A stretch of DNA of 64,000 nt from Massalongia carnosa. Its lineage: Eukaryota. Location: the NCBI GenBank assembly GCA_965645245.1, contig OZ287083.1, forward strand, positions 124,001 to 188,000, in the 5' to 3' direction. The notes beneath the pieces were generated by a model that made no database searches, had not been told where the DNA came from, and saw only the letters and a program-made list of their open reading frames with translations. The number at the start of each line of letters is the position of its first letter. The first letter of the stretch is position 1. Position numbers and translations under genes: made by a program. Below are positions 34,456 to 46,799 of the stretch, in pieces.

Positions 34456-37400
34456 CAACCAAAGGTGCTAGCGGTCAAAGGGCCGAGAGACGCTTCCTGG
34501 CTGGTTGACAGCGCGGCGGACGTGCACGTGTGCAATGATCGAAGCTTGATGACTGAGTACCACGAAAAGCCTACCCGGATCGGAGGCTCAACTGCAGATG
34601 GGGTTTCACCAGGCCGTGGAAAGGTGCGCCTTCGCCTCAGCCTGAAAGACGGTCGCGAAGGAGTGATCCTGAACCTGAACAACGTGTTTTTCCTTCCCCA
34701 CAGTCCTTCTAATCTTGTCAGCCTCGGCCTTCTTAACATTCATGGAATTTTCTATGATAATGAGAACGAGACACTCTATGATAGAAGAACAAAGGAAACC
34801 CTGGCTTACGCAGAAAGGTGGAGGACCAGCTTCCTTCTTCACCCTCTCAACCTCTCTGTCTCTGCAACTCATCTAAAGCAGATCGACGCCAACACGTACG
34901 AGTGGCCACCACACGCCTACAGGACCACCACCTCATCAAAACTACCTCTCACCACCTGGCACAAACGACTCGGCCACCTCAACTTCCCCTCACTGAAGCA
35001 ACATCTCCACAAACTGGAGATCGACTACGTGGACGACTCAGAAAAGTACGTGTGTGACAGCTGCCAACGTGCGAAAGCCACAAAAATCTACAACCGCCAC
35101 GAGCCTCAGAAACGAGCAAGCGAGTCGTACCAGTTTATACACACAGACCTAGTAGGTCCCATCAACCCTGTTGGTTTTGGAGGGGAGAGATACTTCTTCA
35201 CATTTACGGATGACTTCACGCGATATACCGAAGTGCACACTGGTGCCCGGAAAAGCGATTGGTTCAAATGTCTCAAGACCTTCTACAACCTCTGCAAAAC
35301 CAGGTCACACAAGGAGAGACCAGTCGAACGCCTACGTTCAGATTATGGATCAGAACTGCAGAGCAAAAGGGTAGAGGAATGGTTTGCGAAGAAGGGCATC
35401 ACTTTTGAACCCTCAGCACCGTACTCTCAGGAACAAAACGGCGTGTCAGAACGAATGGGAAGAACCATCATGGATATGACAAGAGCGACAATCCTAGAGG
35501 GAAGCCTTGATGACGAGCTGTGGCCTGAAATTGTTCTTGCGATGACGTACATCAAAAACGTTCGTCCCACGAAGGCTTTAGGTGGAGACAACCCCTACCA
35601 TGCACAGCAGAAAATCCACCCAGATATCTAACACCTCCGAGTGTTAGGCTCGACAGTGTACGTTCTCCTACACGAAGAGGAACGAGCCTTAAAGTCTGAG
35701 AAGTGGAACCCACGAGCCTTACGCGGTATTCTTGTTGGATACGATGGTCATACAATCTACAGAGTCCACATCCGAGAACAGAACAAAGTCATTCGCATCA
35801 AAGATCTCAGAATCTTTGAAGACTACGAGGCCAAGACGTCCACCGAGCTTCCTGAATACAAAAACACTCCCACCTTCTCAGGTTTCTTACTCTCCGATGA
35901 CGATGACGAGGCGACGAGCGACACACAGATGTTGGATGTAGGCCGAAAGTTCAACAATGCAACAGGTGCCAGCGAGTCAACTCCCAGTAAAGTAACCCCT
36001 AGGAAGGGCCGAAAGGTCACTACTAGAGATGAAACTACGGAGACAAGGAAGTCTCGGTCTGGCCGAACGATAAGGCCTACACAAAAGGCTCAAGATCAAG
36101 ATCTGATAGTACATCTCAGCAAGCTGCTAGACCTTGACTTGGAACACAGCTCGGAGGAAAAAGCAAACGCGTTCCTGACAAACATCGAATGCGAGGAGGA
36201 CGGCCATGACGCAGACGACGACCCATACACAATCTTGACTTCGAGGCTCATTCAGGCCAACGCCCAAAGTAAAGGAGACTATGTCCTTGCCACCCAATTA
36301 GATGTCGAAGAACCTGAGTCATACAACAGGGCAATGCAATGCCCCCACGCCTCGCAGTGGGCACAGGCAATGAAAGAAGAAATAGACTCTCTACACGAAA
36401 ACAAGACCTGGGTTCTCATACCAAAGAACGAGATGGAGTCAGGTCATCGACCTCTGGGGGGGAAGTGGGTGTACAAGGTCAAGCGTGATGTCGAAGGCAA
36501 GGTATCTAGATTCAAAGCCAGATGGGTTATCAAAGGGTACCTACAACAGTTTGGTGTTGATTTCGATCAAACCTACGCATCCGTGGTGAAGCCAATGGCC
36601 TTCAGAACCCTGTTCGCCCTTGCCGCCTTCTTCGACCTGGACATCGACCAGATGGACGTAAAAACGGCTTTTCTCTATGGCCTCATTGATCAACTGATAT
36701 ATATGGAGATTCCAAAGGGAACTGAGACAGAAGCCACAAAGAATATGGTTTGCAAACTGTTGAAAGCTATCTACGGCCTCAAACAATCTCCCCGCCTCTG
36801 GTACGAACGCTTTTCAGCCTTCCTCCTCGAGAAACTCGGCTTGAAACGCATCCACGCAGACCACAGTATATTCGTATCGGGTGCAGGGCTGAAAGGTCCC
36901 GTACTCAGCGTCTTCGTAGATGACATCAAGATTGTAGCGCCAAAGGACAGTGGGATAATCAAGCGAGTCAAAGCAGAACTCACAGCTGCATTCTCTATGT
37001 CAGATATGGGTCCCATCAGCTTTTACCTAGGACTGAGAATAGATCGGGATCGAAAGCAACGAACCATCAAACTGTCTCAACCGGCCTACATCGAAAAAGT
37101 GTTGGAGAGATTCCATCTCGACAAAGCCAACCCCGTCAACACCCCGATGAAAGAATCTGTGCCACTCTCCCAACGCGAGGAAGGAGAAGCCTCACCACCA
37201 GAGAAGGAGAGATACCAAGGAATGACGGGGTCCATAATGTTCTCCATGGTAGAGACCAGACCAGATATTGCCTTCGCCACGTCCCTCGTAAGTCGCTTTG
37301 CCAAGAACCCGAGCCATCAGCACACCGAAGCAGTCAAAACCATCCTCAAATACCTCAAGGGCTCGAAACATCGAGGCATAACCTATGGGGGGGATGAAGA

Positions 37401-37965
37401 ACTGAAAATCGAAGGCTATTCGGACTCGGATTGGGCAGGTGACAAGGACAGCCGGAAGTCAACATCCGGTTTCATCTTTATGCTGAACGGGGGACCGATA
37501 AGCTGGTGCTCTAAAAGGCAATTAACAGTTGCTCTCTCTTCCACAGAAGCGGAATACATCGCACTCACGCTGGCCGCCAAAGAAGCCACCTGGCTTCGTC
37601 TACTCCTCACAGAGCTTGGGGTGTTGGAAGCGGACCAACAGCATGCTGAGATCAAGGTCTCCAACAAGAACTCGTGCGTACAAGCGATCGACAGAGACCT
37701 CAACAGCCTCAAGCCCAGCGACGGAGACCCCACTGTTTCACTCAAAGGTGACAACCAAGGATCTCTTGCTCTGGCACACAACCCAGTATTCCATGCCAGG
37801 ACCAAACACATCGATATCCAGCACCATTACATCCGAGACGAGGTGGAGGCAAAGAGAATCGAGTTGACCTACGTGCCAACTGGGGAGATGATCGCCGACG
37901 GCCTGACGAAGGCCCTAACGCACGCAAAGTTCCACACCTTTGTCGAACAGATGCAGATGACCTAG
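34456..37965 (+). pseudogene. pol: Copia 1 pol (PR-IN-RT-RNaseH) with one in-frame TAA at 35629-35631
   Basis: WLVDSAADVH, WHKRLGH...CDSC, HTDLVGP, RSDYGSE, FVDD, YSDSDWAG, RTKHIDIQHH. ORFs 34465-35631 and 35641-37965 share a frame. Confidence 0.93.
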
Positions 37966-38569
37966 AGCCAAATCAGCACAGCCACACTACCTGGAGCCAC
38001 AACCTACCAATGAACCGATGCAACCAACAGCTGCTGATTCTTCCAGAAAAAACGAGATAAAAATCGATTCGTTAGCGTGGGCGATTCTTACGTAACTAGC
38101 GCATAGCTTGTGGGGGGTGTTGGATACCAACCTATGGCGCTAGACATTATTATGGTCACGTGTAACAGTAGACCTATTCCGGTATGCGGCACGCATCCTG
38201 GACTAGGAGGATTTCAGACCTTAGAAGTAGAGTCATAGAATCATTAATATAACAACAATGAATAACCTCATACTTCTACACAACTCCCACTTATCGGCTC
38301 TTTGTCCAGCTCTTACAGCCTCTTGCGGAGTTCCGAAACCATCGCTTCAGATTTTCGCAGTTTCATTTCGTCACATCTTCGATCAAGCTGATGACGTGAC
38401 GGGGATGTCCTTCTGTCGATACCTCAGCTTTACGTTGTCAAAGCGGAGCAATTGCAAATCGATTGGGCTGAGGTCCGCCTCGTCACCAAGTATGAACTCA
38501 ATCGGTGAGGTGCGGGCGATGCGCCCGAGGACTGAAAGGTAATTTCGTTGTTGACCACGTAGGTTGGTA

Positions 38570-38880
38570 TCCAACAGATGCTATACAACCAGCATTTGCA
38601 TGGGAGACCGTACCTTAAATGCAATTCACAATCATAAACACAGCTTCCACCATCAGGGACAATTGAAAGGATTCGTTCAGCTAATGATTTGGCGGCATCG
38701 AGTTCTCTTGAAACGAGGCCAATGGCATGATGCGTAATTTTCCCAATGAGTAGCATAAAAGCATTTCTATCTATCAATCTAGGATTGCGTATTCGCTGTT
38801 GATTGGACAAAATCTCCTGATCTAATTGTTTTTTCCGCACCTCATCACATATTTTCTGCACCGATTGTCTTATAGGCAAG
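38570..38880 (-). pseudogene. MULE transposase fragment related to MULE 1
   Basis: PIRQSVQKICDEV...GKITHHAIGLVSRELD...CVYDCELHLRYGLPCKCWLYS closely matches ORF 21872-23560. Confidence 0.85.
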
Positions 38881-39111
38881 GGCAGGATGAGGGTGAGGGT
38901 ATGCTTTATCAGACCGAGTAGGATAATTATAAGTAGCAATAACACGTCATACGATTTAAACCGAAAAGAGTTTAATGTGCTGTTGGCAGTTGCATTACTA
39001 GCTTGTACGCACCCTGTATGAGCAGTGAAATGGCTGTTTACCAGTAAAGATTTGCCCAGGGGGGGGACAGTCGGGGGAGGACTGTGCCTAAGCATCTCGA
39101 AGAACGAATAC

Positions 39112-40446
39112 TTATTCATAATCTTCATCAACGACCATCTTCTCCACAACCTCTCGAATAGTCACAGCTATTTCGCGTTCTTTAGCTGCTGATAGCTTTT
39201 CCGCCAATGAACTTACACCCGTGTCGTTTTGCACGAGGGGCGCGAGAGGCATGATATCTCCTATCTCAAGCGCAAGTGCCTGAATCACGCCTTTGCGCAT
39301 CCACTGACCCGGAGTACCCCAGATTTTTCCCATTTGGATTTTTTGAGAATCACTTTCCCAGCAATCCACCATAAACCGACGACGGCGAAAAATAGTGATC
39401 AAACAAAGAAAGTAGAGGTTTCGCTTTAGAGGTCGGGCTTCGGTTTTAAACCTCAGACGTTTGTTGTGAAGATCCCGATAGCGTGGACCGTTCGAGTAGA
39501 GCTGCATGGACAACAAGGAATCTTCTAGCACGATCAACTTGAATTCGTCAATCGATTCATCATCCGGCACGAGCACGATTCGGCCATCATCTAAATGTCT
39601 CTCGATCATTGAAAAGAGAACGAGCCCATTCTCGAAACCCCAGATGACGTTCCAGCCTTCGTCCATAGACAATCCGAAAATATAAGAAGCGTTAAACTCT
39701 CCAATGCCATATGGCACAATGTGTGCCACTGTTGTATGATTTGGTTGATGCCAATCCTTGGTAACGGGACACCACATCAACGGCCCCGGCAGATCCGACT
39801 CCGGTGCATCATGTGCGGGTGAACCCACCGTCGGAATGTAGGCATTTCGTACGAGCTTTCGGAACTGCTCGTTGTCGGTATCACTGCGACCTTCCAACTT
39901 CTTAAACCTAGCCCCTGCGGGCTCGGGGAGACGGTCCACCAATGCCGCCAGGTAGGCCTCGCCGATCCGCCCATGTGTAGGATGGGCCATAATTCCATTT
40001 TCGAGTTTCACCCGGTCTCGGGCCAAAGCTGCTCGCTCACGTAGCACGATCTGGTCGATACCATCGACATCGCTGAGAATTCGTTTCATCGTCGACCTGT
40101 CTACGGATTTAGTTTCCTTGAGGTTCCTCAACTCATTGCGACAGGCTTTGTGATGCATGGCCAAATCTTCCAACAGCGGCTCTCGATTCCCGACATACTC
40201 TTTGGCCCGGCTCGGGCTGAATGAATCAAGACGCAACTGCGAAGAAGCGGACGCGGTTCGTATTCTCTCATTCAAACGCTCCCTCTCGTCCGCCAGTTCG
40301 TTGCTGAAACTGCGGTAATCGGGTTCAGTGGACGCTGCGAAGCGCTCCAGGGGGTCTACGAGGGCGTTCGAAAGGCTCTCCCGCTGTTTGCGGCGCTTCT
40401 CAAGTCTACTGAAAGCGGAGCTTCCTTTCGGGGTCGGTGAGTCCAT
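39112..40446 (-). CDS. Intronless HNH-endonuclease-domain protein with a coiled-coil N-terminus (~444 aa)
   Basis: Open frame from ATG 40446; WCPVT...AHIVPY...NGLVL...IERHLD and WGTPG motifs typical of fungal HNH_2-type proteins. Confidence 0.75.
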   Translation of the reverse strand: MDSPTPKGSSAFSRLEKRRKQRESLSNALVDPLERFAASTEPDYRSFSNELADERERLNERIRTASASSQLRLDSFSPSRAKEYVGNREPLLEDLAMHHKACRNELRNLKETKSVDRSTMKRILSDVDGIDQIVLRERAALARDRVKLENGIMAHPTHGRIGEAYLAALVDRLPEPAGARFKKLEGRSDTDNEQFRKLVRNAYIPTVGSPAHDAPESDLPGPLMWCPVTKDWHQPNHTTVAHIVPYGIGEFNASYIFGLSMDEGWNVIWGFENGLVLFSMIERHLDDGRIVLVPDDESIDEFKLIVLEDSLLSMQLYSNGPRYRDLHNKRLRFKTEARPLKRNLYFLCLITIFRRRRFMVDCWESDSQKIQMGKIWGTPGQWMRKGVIQALALEIGDIMPLAPLVQNDTGVSSLAEKLSAAKEREIAVTIREVVEKMVVDEDYE

Positions 40447-42134
40447 CGCTGAATGTTTTAAAAAGGAGCTGAGTGAATACAAGAAGTAGAAGAGAAAGAA
40501 AGGAAGCCGAGAAGTTTATCTGTGGGATCTTCGTATCAGTATGAACAACAACAAGAAGCCGAAGAGATTGTTTGCGGACGAAAAGTTTCTACCTCTACGT
40601 AGAAAATGATCATTCGGGGAAGGAGCGAAGAAAGATCTAGATATCATGACCAACTACTCGTGCCAAAGTCTAATTATGTAACGACCCCGTGTGATGCGCG
40701 CCTCACATGTTTCTGATATGAAAATACAGGAGTTATAGCACATGTTACGCAGAAATCTTGATCTGTGAGTTGTCAAAAAAATTCTGTTGAAACTCGATGA
40801 AGCTTGACACATGTTGAGGATTTCAATCAGCGACTTAAGTTCGCGTAAAGTCAAAGAAGGTCAATTAACTATTCTCTTATCAACAGAAAGTGGTGCCCCT
40901 ACAAAAATCAGCTGGACCCATCAATGTAAATTTGAAGATTTACAGCAATCAAAACAACAACTTGAGTTTTAATCTCTATTAGCATGATTTGACGGTTTTG
41001 TTGATAGAATCTATATGATCCGTATACTGATACGTCAAAGGTTGTCAATTAACTACCTTCTTATCAAAAAGAAGTGATGTCCCTTCGTCCCGACACAATC
41101 GTATCTAACAAGCATCTCAAAGCACATGGAAAGTTATTCGGTGAGCTTCTTCATATCGGCAAACCAATTAATGTGTCCCAAGTACCACAAGTTCCGCGTC
41201 AACGCCGATTTCTGTTCGTTTGGATCCCAGCGGCAAGAATCGCTCCAGAAGCGTCGGTGTGGTATTTGTTGCGCATTATAATCACACGATTTAAAATTTT
41301 CATTCGCGAATCGCAAATTCCATCTCCCCGTCTGAATATTTTCCCATTGTGCTTCAGGTAGGCATCCGATAACGTTCAGATATACGTAAGCTGAAAGAAT
41401 GACATCGAGAATGAAAGCTATATCATGCGGACAATCCTGATCTTTTGTTCCTGCAATCACGAGAAGCTTCCACCGCGACTATACCACATGGGTACTAGCG
41501 CAATAATGGATATAAAGAAGCAGGTTCGGGCTGTCAATTGTCTTTTTCCTTCTTCATCTTTATTGTATTCGTTTCTAGTGTCCCTATTACTTGTCTCTAG
41601 GTAGATCATAACAATAACTATGTGACAAAGATGATGTGTATCAAAAAGTATATATATATATGTGAAAAGATGTGAAGGTGCAGGACAGCAAAAGCCCCTT
41701 TTATCCCGACTCTCGGCTGCACAGGCCTGTCCTGTCACCTGATCATCTAAATAGCACGTGTGACCCCGCCGCACTATAGGCTTGTACGAGGAGGAACAAA
41801 CATAGGAGGTGGTTAATCAATAGATTGATCAGTGGTTGTTGAATAGGTCTATGACTATGGCTATATGACTATGTAAAGATAGGGGCCTGTATGACCATGA
41901 TGTTAAGGATGCAGAGTTGCTACGGAGTGCAGAGCAATCTGTTCCTTTTATCTTGGTCACCTCTGCTAAGCGAGATGATAATAGTTTATCCGAGCCTCTA
42001 TGCGCTTAGATTAGATCTGATATTATCTAATCTATCGGCTAGGCAATGCTGGTAGAAGTTGAACATTCAACACCCTCCCTCAAGTTCTGCCAGTACTTGT
42101 TCTGATGATCAAAACCGCGCTGCGCGGTGTGAAC

Positions 42135-45100
42135 TCAACTAGATGAATTCATGTGAAGTTGTCTGATGAAGGAAAAGAATTTGACGTGGGTAAGCGGTTT
42201 GGTCAGTCCGTCCGCTACCATGTGTTCTGTTGAAACATAGGTAAGGTCTATTCGACCCTCTGTGACCTCATTCCGTATGAAGTGATGCTGAATGTCGATG
42301 TGCTTAGTCCTTGAATGTAAGACGGGATTATTGGCCAGTGCTATAGCACTCTGATTATCACCTTTCAATGCTATAGCGCCTTCCCTTTCAAGTACATTCA
42401 CTGTCGGAGTAGCATCATCCTGCATCAGCCCGAGTTCTGTCATCAATAAGCGTATCCATATGGTCTCCTTAGCAGCTAAGGTGAGTGCCATATATTCGGC
42501 TTCTGTGGATGAGAGGGCAACGGTTTTCTGTCTTTTTGAGGCCCAACTGATTGGTCCATTGTTCAGCATGAAGACGTATCCGGAGGTGGACTTGCGGTCT
42601 TCCTTGTCACCGGCCCAATCAGAATCGGAATAGCCCTGTATAGACAAATCTCCGCCACCAAAGGTAATGTCTCTGTCTCTGGTTGCACTGAGATATCTGA
42701 GAATCTGCTTGGCTGCCTCCATGTGTGATTTGCCAGGATTTTTGGCATGTCGGCTGACCACTGAGGTCGCGTAGGCAATGTCAGGCCTTGTTTCTATCAT
42801 AGCAAACATGATGGAGCCGACGATTGCTTGATACTGTTTAATGTCTGATTCTGAGGCCTGGGATTCATTTCTGAATAGACTGCCTTCTTTCATTGGGGTG
42901 GTGGTAGTTTTCGCGTTCTGCATATGAAACTTCTCCAGGACCTTTTCGATGTAGGTAGATTGAGATAGTTTGATTGTTCTGTTATCGCGATTTCGTTCTA
43001 CCTTTAGGCCTAGATAATGACTGATTGGGCCCATGTCCACCATCTTGAACGCAATGTTCAGTTGTTTCTTGACTTCAGATATCATAGGAGATCCCTTTGG
43101 ACCTATGATGTTCAGATCATCAACGAAGGAGGTAACAATTGGACCTCTTATTCCTGCCGAAGAGGAGAAGATACTATGATCTGCGTGAAGTTTGGACAGA
43201 CCCAGCTTGGTAAGTAGAAATTCGGATAGCCTTTCATACCATAGGCGTGGAGATTGTTTCAGGCCATAGAGAGCCTTGTTCAGTTTGCAGATCATGCCCG
43301 CTTTTTCATATCCTTTGGGCATTTGGACGTAAATCAATTGATCTATTACCCCATACAAGAATGCTGTGACGACATCAAGCTGTTCGATGTCCAAGTCATG
43401 ATGAGCTGCTATGGCAAACAATAATCGGAAGGCCATTGGTTTCACTACGGAGGCATAGGTCTGTTCGAAATCTACTCCGTACTGCTGGAGATAGCCTTTC
43501 ACCACCCATCTGGATTTGTACCGTGTGATATTTCCATTGACGTCTCGTTTCAGTTTGTATACCCATTTTCCACTGAGAGCAGTATGATTGGGCTCCATAT
43601 CCTCGGTTCTGACAAGAGTCCATGTTTCGTTCTCGAGAAGACTGTTGTGTTCATTGTCCATGGAACGACTCCAGCTTTCGGAATGTGGACCTTTCATAGC
43701 TTGATGGTATGTCTGAGGTTCAGCTATGTCGAGTTGAGACAGTGCGTCATAGTCTTCCAATCCTGATGATCCTTCCTTTTCCAAGGTTCTGGCAAGAAGA
43801 ACGAGTGGATCCTCTGTGTCTATGTCATCGTATGTAGGAGTATGATTGGGTTCATCTAAAGCTGTGTCTGATAGAAGAGACAATGCGTGTTCTATCTGAG
43901 CATGCTTCCTGGGTCTGCCACGTCCACGTTTTGGAATCGTTGTGGGGGATGAAATGACTGTTGATTTTGATGGAGTGACTGTATCGGGAGTCATGATGGC
44001 CTCGTATGTAGGAACGTTGGTCTGGTCTTTGGAGATGGCGTCTTCGTGAATGCGCAGATCTTTGACCCTGATGACCCTGTAGTCCTTTTCCAGAAAGACT
44101 CGATAGATTGTGCATCCATCGTACCCACACAAGACTCCGCGTTGGGCCCGAGGTAGAAATTTGGCCGATTTGCTGTTGGCGCCTTTGCGTTCTTCCTCAT
44201 GAATGAGGACATACACGGTTGATCCCAACACTCGCAGATGATTCAGAGGAGGTGACTTTGACTCGTAAATTTCAAATGGGGTCTTTCCGGATAAAGCATT
44301 TGTAGGTCTGACGTTTTTTGTGTGAACCATAGCTAAAACCACCTCTGTCCATAGGTAGTCCGGAATGCCTCCTGCAATGATGGTACATCTAGTCATGTCC
44401 ATGATAGTTCTGCCTGTTCGTTCAGACACACCGTTTTGTTCCTGTGAATACGGTGCGGAGGGTTCAAACGTTATCCCTTCTTTCAGGAACCAATCATCCG
44501 ATTTCAGACTTCGAAGTTCTGTGCCGAAATCAGTTCGAAAGATGTTTATTGGCTTGCTCTTTCCTGTCTTGTTCTGAGCTAGACTGTAGTATGTCAACAG
44601 ATGATCAAACCATTCGCTCTTCTTGATGCCTGTATACACATGAGTGTATCTGCTGGCATCGCAGGTGAAGGTAAAGAAGTACTGTTCTTCAAGAAGTCCT
44701 GCTGGTTTGATGGGTCCTACTAGATCGGAATGAACCTTTTGAAAGATGCCTGTTGCTCTCTCCTGAGGTGTCCGGTTGTATATCTTAGTGGCCTTTCCGA
44801 GTTCACAGGATGAACAGTACCAATCTTTGTTCACGTTGTCTGAGTACGACACATCGAGTCTTTTCAGAAAAGCTCGGCAGGTGATCAGGTTTAAATGACC
44901 AAGACGCGCATGCCATGTTGACAGGTCTGTTATGGCTGACGTGTGGTAGACTGATGTGTTCGGCCACTGAAAGGTGCTCTCATCTGTCTGCATAAGATGT
45001 GTAGCCACGTCTGGGGCGTCCAAGGTCTTTAGTACAAAGTTTGTATTGACTCTTGGCACATAGCCTATGATGTTCTGACTAATCCCGTTGAATAGGGTCC

Positions 45101-45437
45101 AGTTAACATTGTCATAGTAGATGTTGTTTTGGTTGAGTAGTGCCAGACTGACGAGGTTCACTGGACACTGTGGAATGAAAAGAACGTTGTTCAGTATTAA
45201 CACTGACGAGGGTGAGTCGTCCTGTAGTGCCAACGTTTTCCGGATCATTCCCCTCCCTGGAGACGTGCCATCTGATGTAGATCCTGCCAGACCTGTGGAG
45301 CGTGTTATGTAGTTGATGAACGACGGCCTGTGATTGCATACGTGCATGTCCGCTGCGCTGTCTAGTAGCCAGGTGTCTCTGTTGAGATGGTTGATGGTCA
45401 TGACCTTCTGTAGAGTGGTAGTCATGACCACTGTGAG
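42135..45437 (-). CDS. pol: Copia 2 pol (PR-IN-RT-RNaseH), uninterrupted
   Basis: 1098-aa ORF with WLLDSAADMH, WHARLGH, HSDLVGP, FVDD and YSDSDWAG. Confidence 0.95.
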   Translation of the reverse strand, partial: LTVVMTTTLQKVMTINHLNRDTWLLDSAADMHVCNHRPSFINYITRSTGLAGSTSDGTSPGRGMIRKTLALQDDSPSSVLILNNVLFIPQCPVNLVSLALLNQNNIYYDNVNWTLFNGISQNIIGYVPRVNTNFVLKTLDAPDVATHLMQTDESTFQWPNTSVYHTSAITDLSTWHARLGHLNLITCRAFLKRLDVSYSDNVNKDWYCSSCELGKATKIYNRTPQERATGIFQKVHSDLVGPIKPAGLLEEQYFFTFTCDASRYTHVYTGIKKSEWFDHLLTYYSLAQNKTGKSKPINIFRTDFGTELRSLKSDDWFLKEGITFEPSAPYSQEQNGVSERTGRTIMDMTRCTIIAGGIPDYLWTEVVLAMVHTKNVRPTNALSGKTPFEIYESKSPPLNHLRVLGSTVYVLIHEEERKGANSKSAKFLPRAQRGVLCGYDGCTIYRVFLEKDYRVIRVKDLRIHEDAISKDQTNVPTYEAIMTPDTVTPSKSTVISSPTTIPKRGRGRPRKHAQIEHALSLLSDTALDEPNHTPTYDDIDTEDPLVLLARTLEKEGSSGLEDYDALSQLDIAEPQTYHQAMKGPHSESWSRSMDNEHNSLLENETWTLVRTEDMEPNHTALSGKWVYKLKRDVNGNITRYKSRWVVKGYLQQYGVDFEQTYASVVKPMAFRLLFAIAAHHDLDIEQLDVVTAFLYGVIDQLIYVQMPKGYEKAGMICKLNKALYGLKQSPRLWYERLSEFLLTKLGLSKLHADHSIFSSSAGIRGPIVTSFVDDLNIIGPKGSPMISEVKKQLNIAFKMVDMGPISHYLGLKVERNRDNRTIKLSQSTYIEKVLEKFHMQNAKTTTTPMKEGSLFRNESQASESDIKQYQAIVGSIMFAMIETRPDIAYATSVVSRHAKNPGKSHMEAAKQILRYLSATRDRDITFGGGDLSIQGYSDSDWAGDKEDRKSTSGYVFMLNNGPISWASKRQKTVALSSTEAEYMALTLAAKETIWIRLLMTELGLMQDDATPTVNVLEREGAIALKGDNQSAIALANNPVLHSRTKHIDIQHHFIRNEVTEGRIDLTYVSTEHMVADGLTKPLTHVKFFSFIRQLHMNSSS

Positions 45438-46373
45438 TCAACTGCTCACTGTGGGAGTTGTAGTGACTGTGGTGCCTGGAGTTGACGTGGTGACTTCTGG
45501 CTTGGAGTTCTTTTGTCTCTTGACCCTCCCTGATTCAGCCGTGTCTCCTCTCGCCCGTTTTAGATGGGGGAATTTCTGGAAACACTCATCTGGCCAATGT
45601 CGTGTTCTGTTCCTATTTACACACTCTGGAACGGTGCAACTTCCGATAGGTGCTCTACCTCTGTTGGAAGCGCCAGTGTGAAAAGCCTTGACAGTTAGGT
45701 TTCGTGCATAGGCTATGAGGATTTTTGTTGTTTCCGAAAGGTTTGTGGTGTCGTGCGTCCAGTCCCTGCGGAGTTGTGCAATGAGCGGGTCATACTTGTC
45801 TGTGCAGTTACCAAGCAGCATTCCCTGAAGTACAAACTCTATGGAGTCGACGTTCACCTTGACCTCTTCGATCAACATGCCCTTGATCTGATTGAAGGCA
45901 CCGTCATACTCTGAACAGTATTGACTGACTGTGTCGAAGTCTCTCATCTTTTTCGTACTAACCCTCAAGATGACATCCGTGATGCTCATTGGTGCCACGT
46001 CCTGGAATCTATTCTTCAGAATGGCCCACATCTCGGCAGCGGTCTTGTTATTGATGAGGTTGTAGTGACATGGTGCAACCAGTCCATGGATGATTCCAAT
46101 AGCCTTGGTCATCTCGGTTTTCTGTCTGTTCTTATCATCCCGAAGTTCTTTGACGAGGATGCTGGTAGTAAGACTGGCCGGAGTAAACCCTGATACGATG
46201 AGGCTCTCTCTGATGGAGTCCAATGAGATCTCTGGTTGGATTTCCAGAATGGCTGTGTCACAGTTATTCTTCAGCAGAATACCTCTGGTGTAACTAGCCC
46301 ATGCTGAGTAGTGTTCCGAGTTCTCTAGAAGGTGAGGCTTCTCTGTAGAACTGTTGATGTCAGGAAGAGACAT
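45438..46373 (-). CDS. gag: Copia 2 gag
   Basis: 311-aa ORF with LENSEHYSAW and a CTVPEC...HWPDEC knuckle; ends in a TGA in frame with pol. Confidence 0.88.
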   Translation of the reverse strand: MSLPDINSSTEKPHLLENSEHYSAWASYTRGILLKNNCDTAILEIQPEISLDSIRESLIVSGFTPASLTTSILVKELRDDKNRQKTEMTKAIGIIHGLVAPCHYNLINNKTAAEMWAILKNRFQDVAPMSITDVILRVSTKKMRDFDTVSQYCSEYDGAFNQIKGMLIEEVKVNVDSIEFVLQGMLLGNCTDKYDPLIAQLRRDWTHDTTNLSETTKILIAYARNLTVKAFHTGASNRGRAPIGSCTVPECVNRNRTRHWPDECFQKFPHLKRARGDTAESGRVKRQKNSKPEVTTSTPGTTVTTTPTVSS

Positions 46374-46799
46374 GATGAAGTCAGATGAAGAGAGTCAGAT
46401 GAAGATGAAGAAGAGGTCTCTAGTAAACTTCTGTAGATTGAAAGGTATCTAAGTTTCTGAGATTGGTGCAGGAGTAGGATGTGCACTGGAATGAATGGAG
46501 GAGATTGGGAATATGTAATCTAGTTATAGACAAAACATTTCCTTTCCTTTGTCATCAAACTGTGATGTTCCTTTCTTTGCCACAACGCTTGTACCCGCAT
46601 GAAAGAACTCTCTTCAGATGGTGAAACTTTCACTTGGTGGTGTGGAGATAGGCTGTCGGAACCACGGTCCGACCGTTCCATTTAATAGGCCGGGCCTGTT
46701 AAATGGAATAAGGTTTTTTCCGGATTCCGAATTTCCCGATTGAGGCGTTCTGCTTAATTGAAGTCTGATTACTCCATCTGTATACGCGTAGACTAGTCA

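Larger units (their letters stand above)
32492..38280 (+). mobile_element. Ty1/Copia LTR retrotransposon 1 (full length, young)
   Basis: 163-bp LTRs at 32492-32654 and 38118-38280, identical by eye; TSD CAACT; PBS GGTTATGAGCCC at 32655-32666; G-run PPT. Confidence 0.97.

Noticed and set aside
40847..41085. Imperfect ~55-bp direct repeat (GTCAATTAACTAC...TCTTATCAA)
   Set aside because: Too short and degenerate, with no TG...CA ends or TSD; no function can be supported.
42100..42140. Possible hammerhead ribozyme (CTGATGA + stem + GAA)
   Set aside because: It lacks the GAAA core and I could not build stems I and III around a cleavage triplet.
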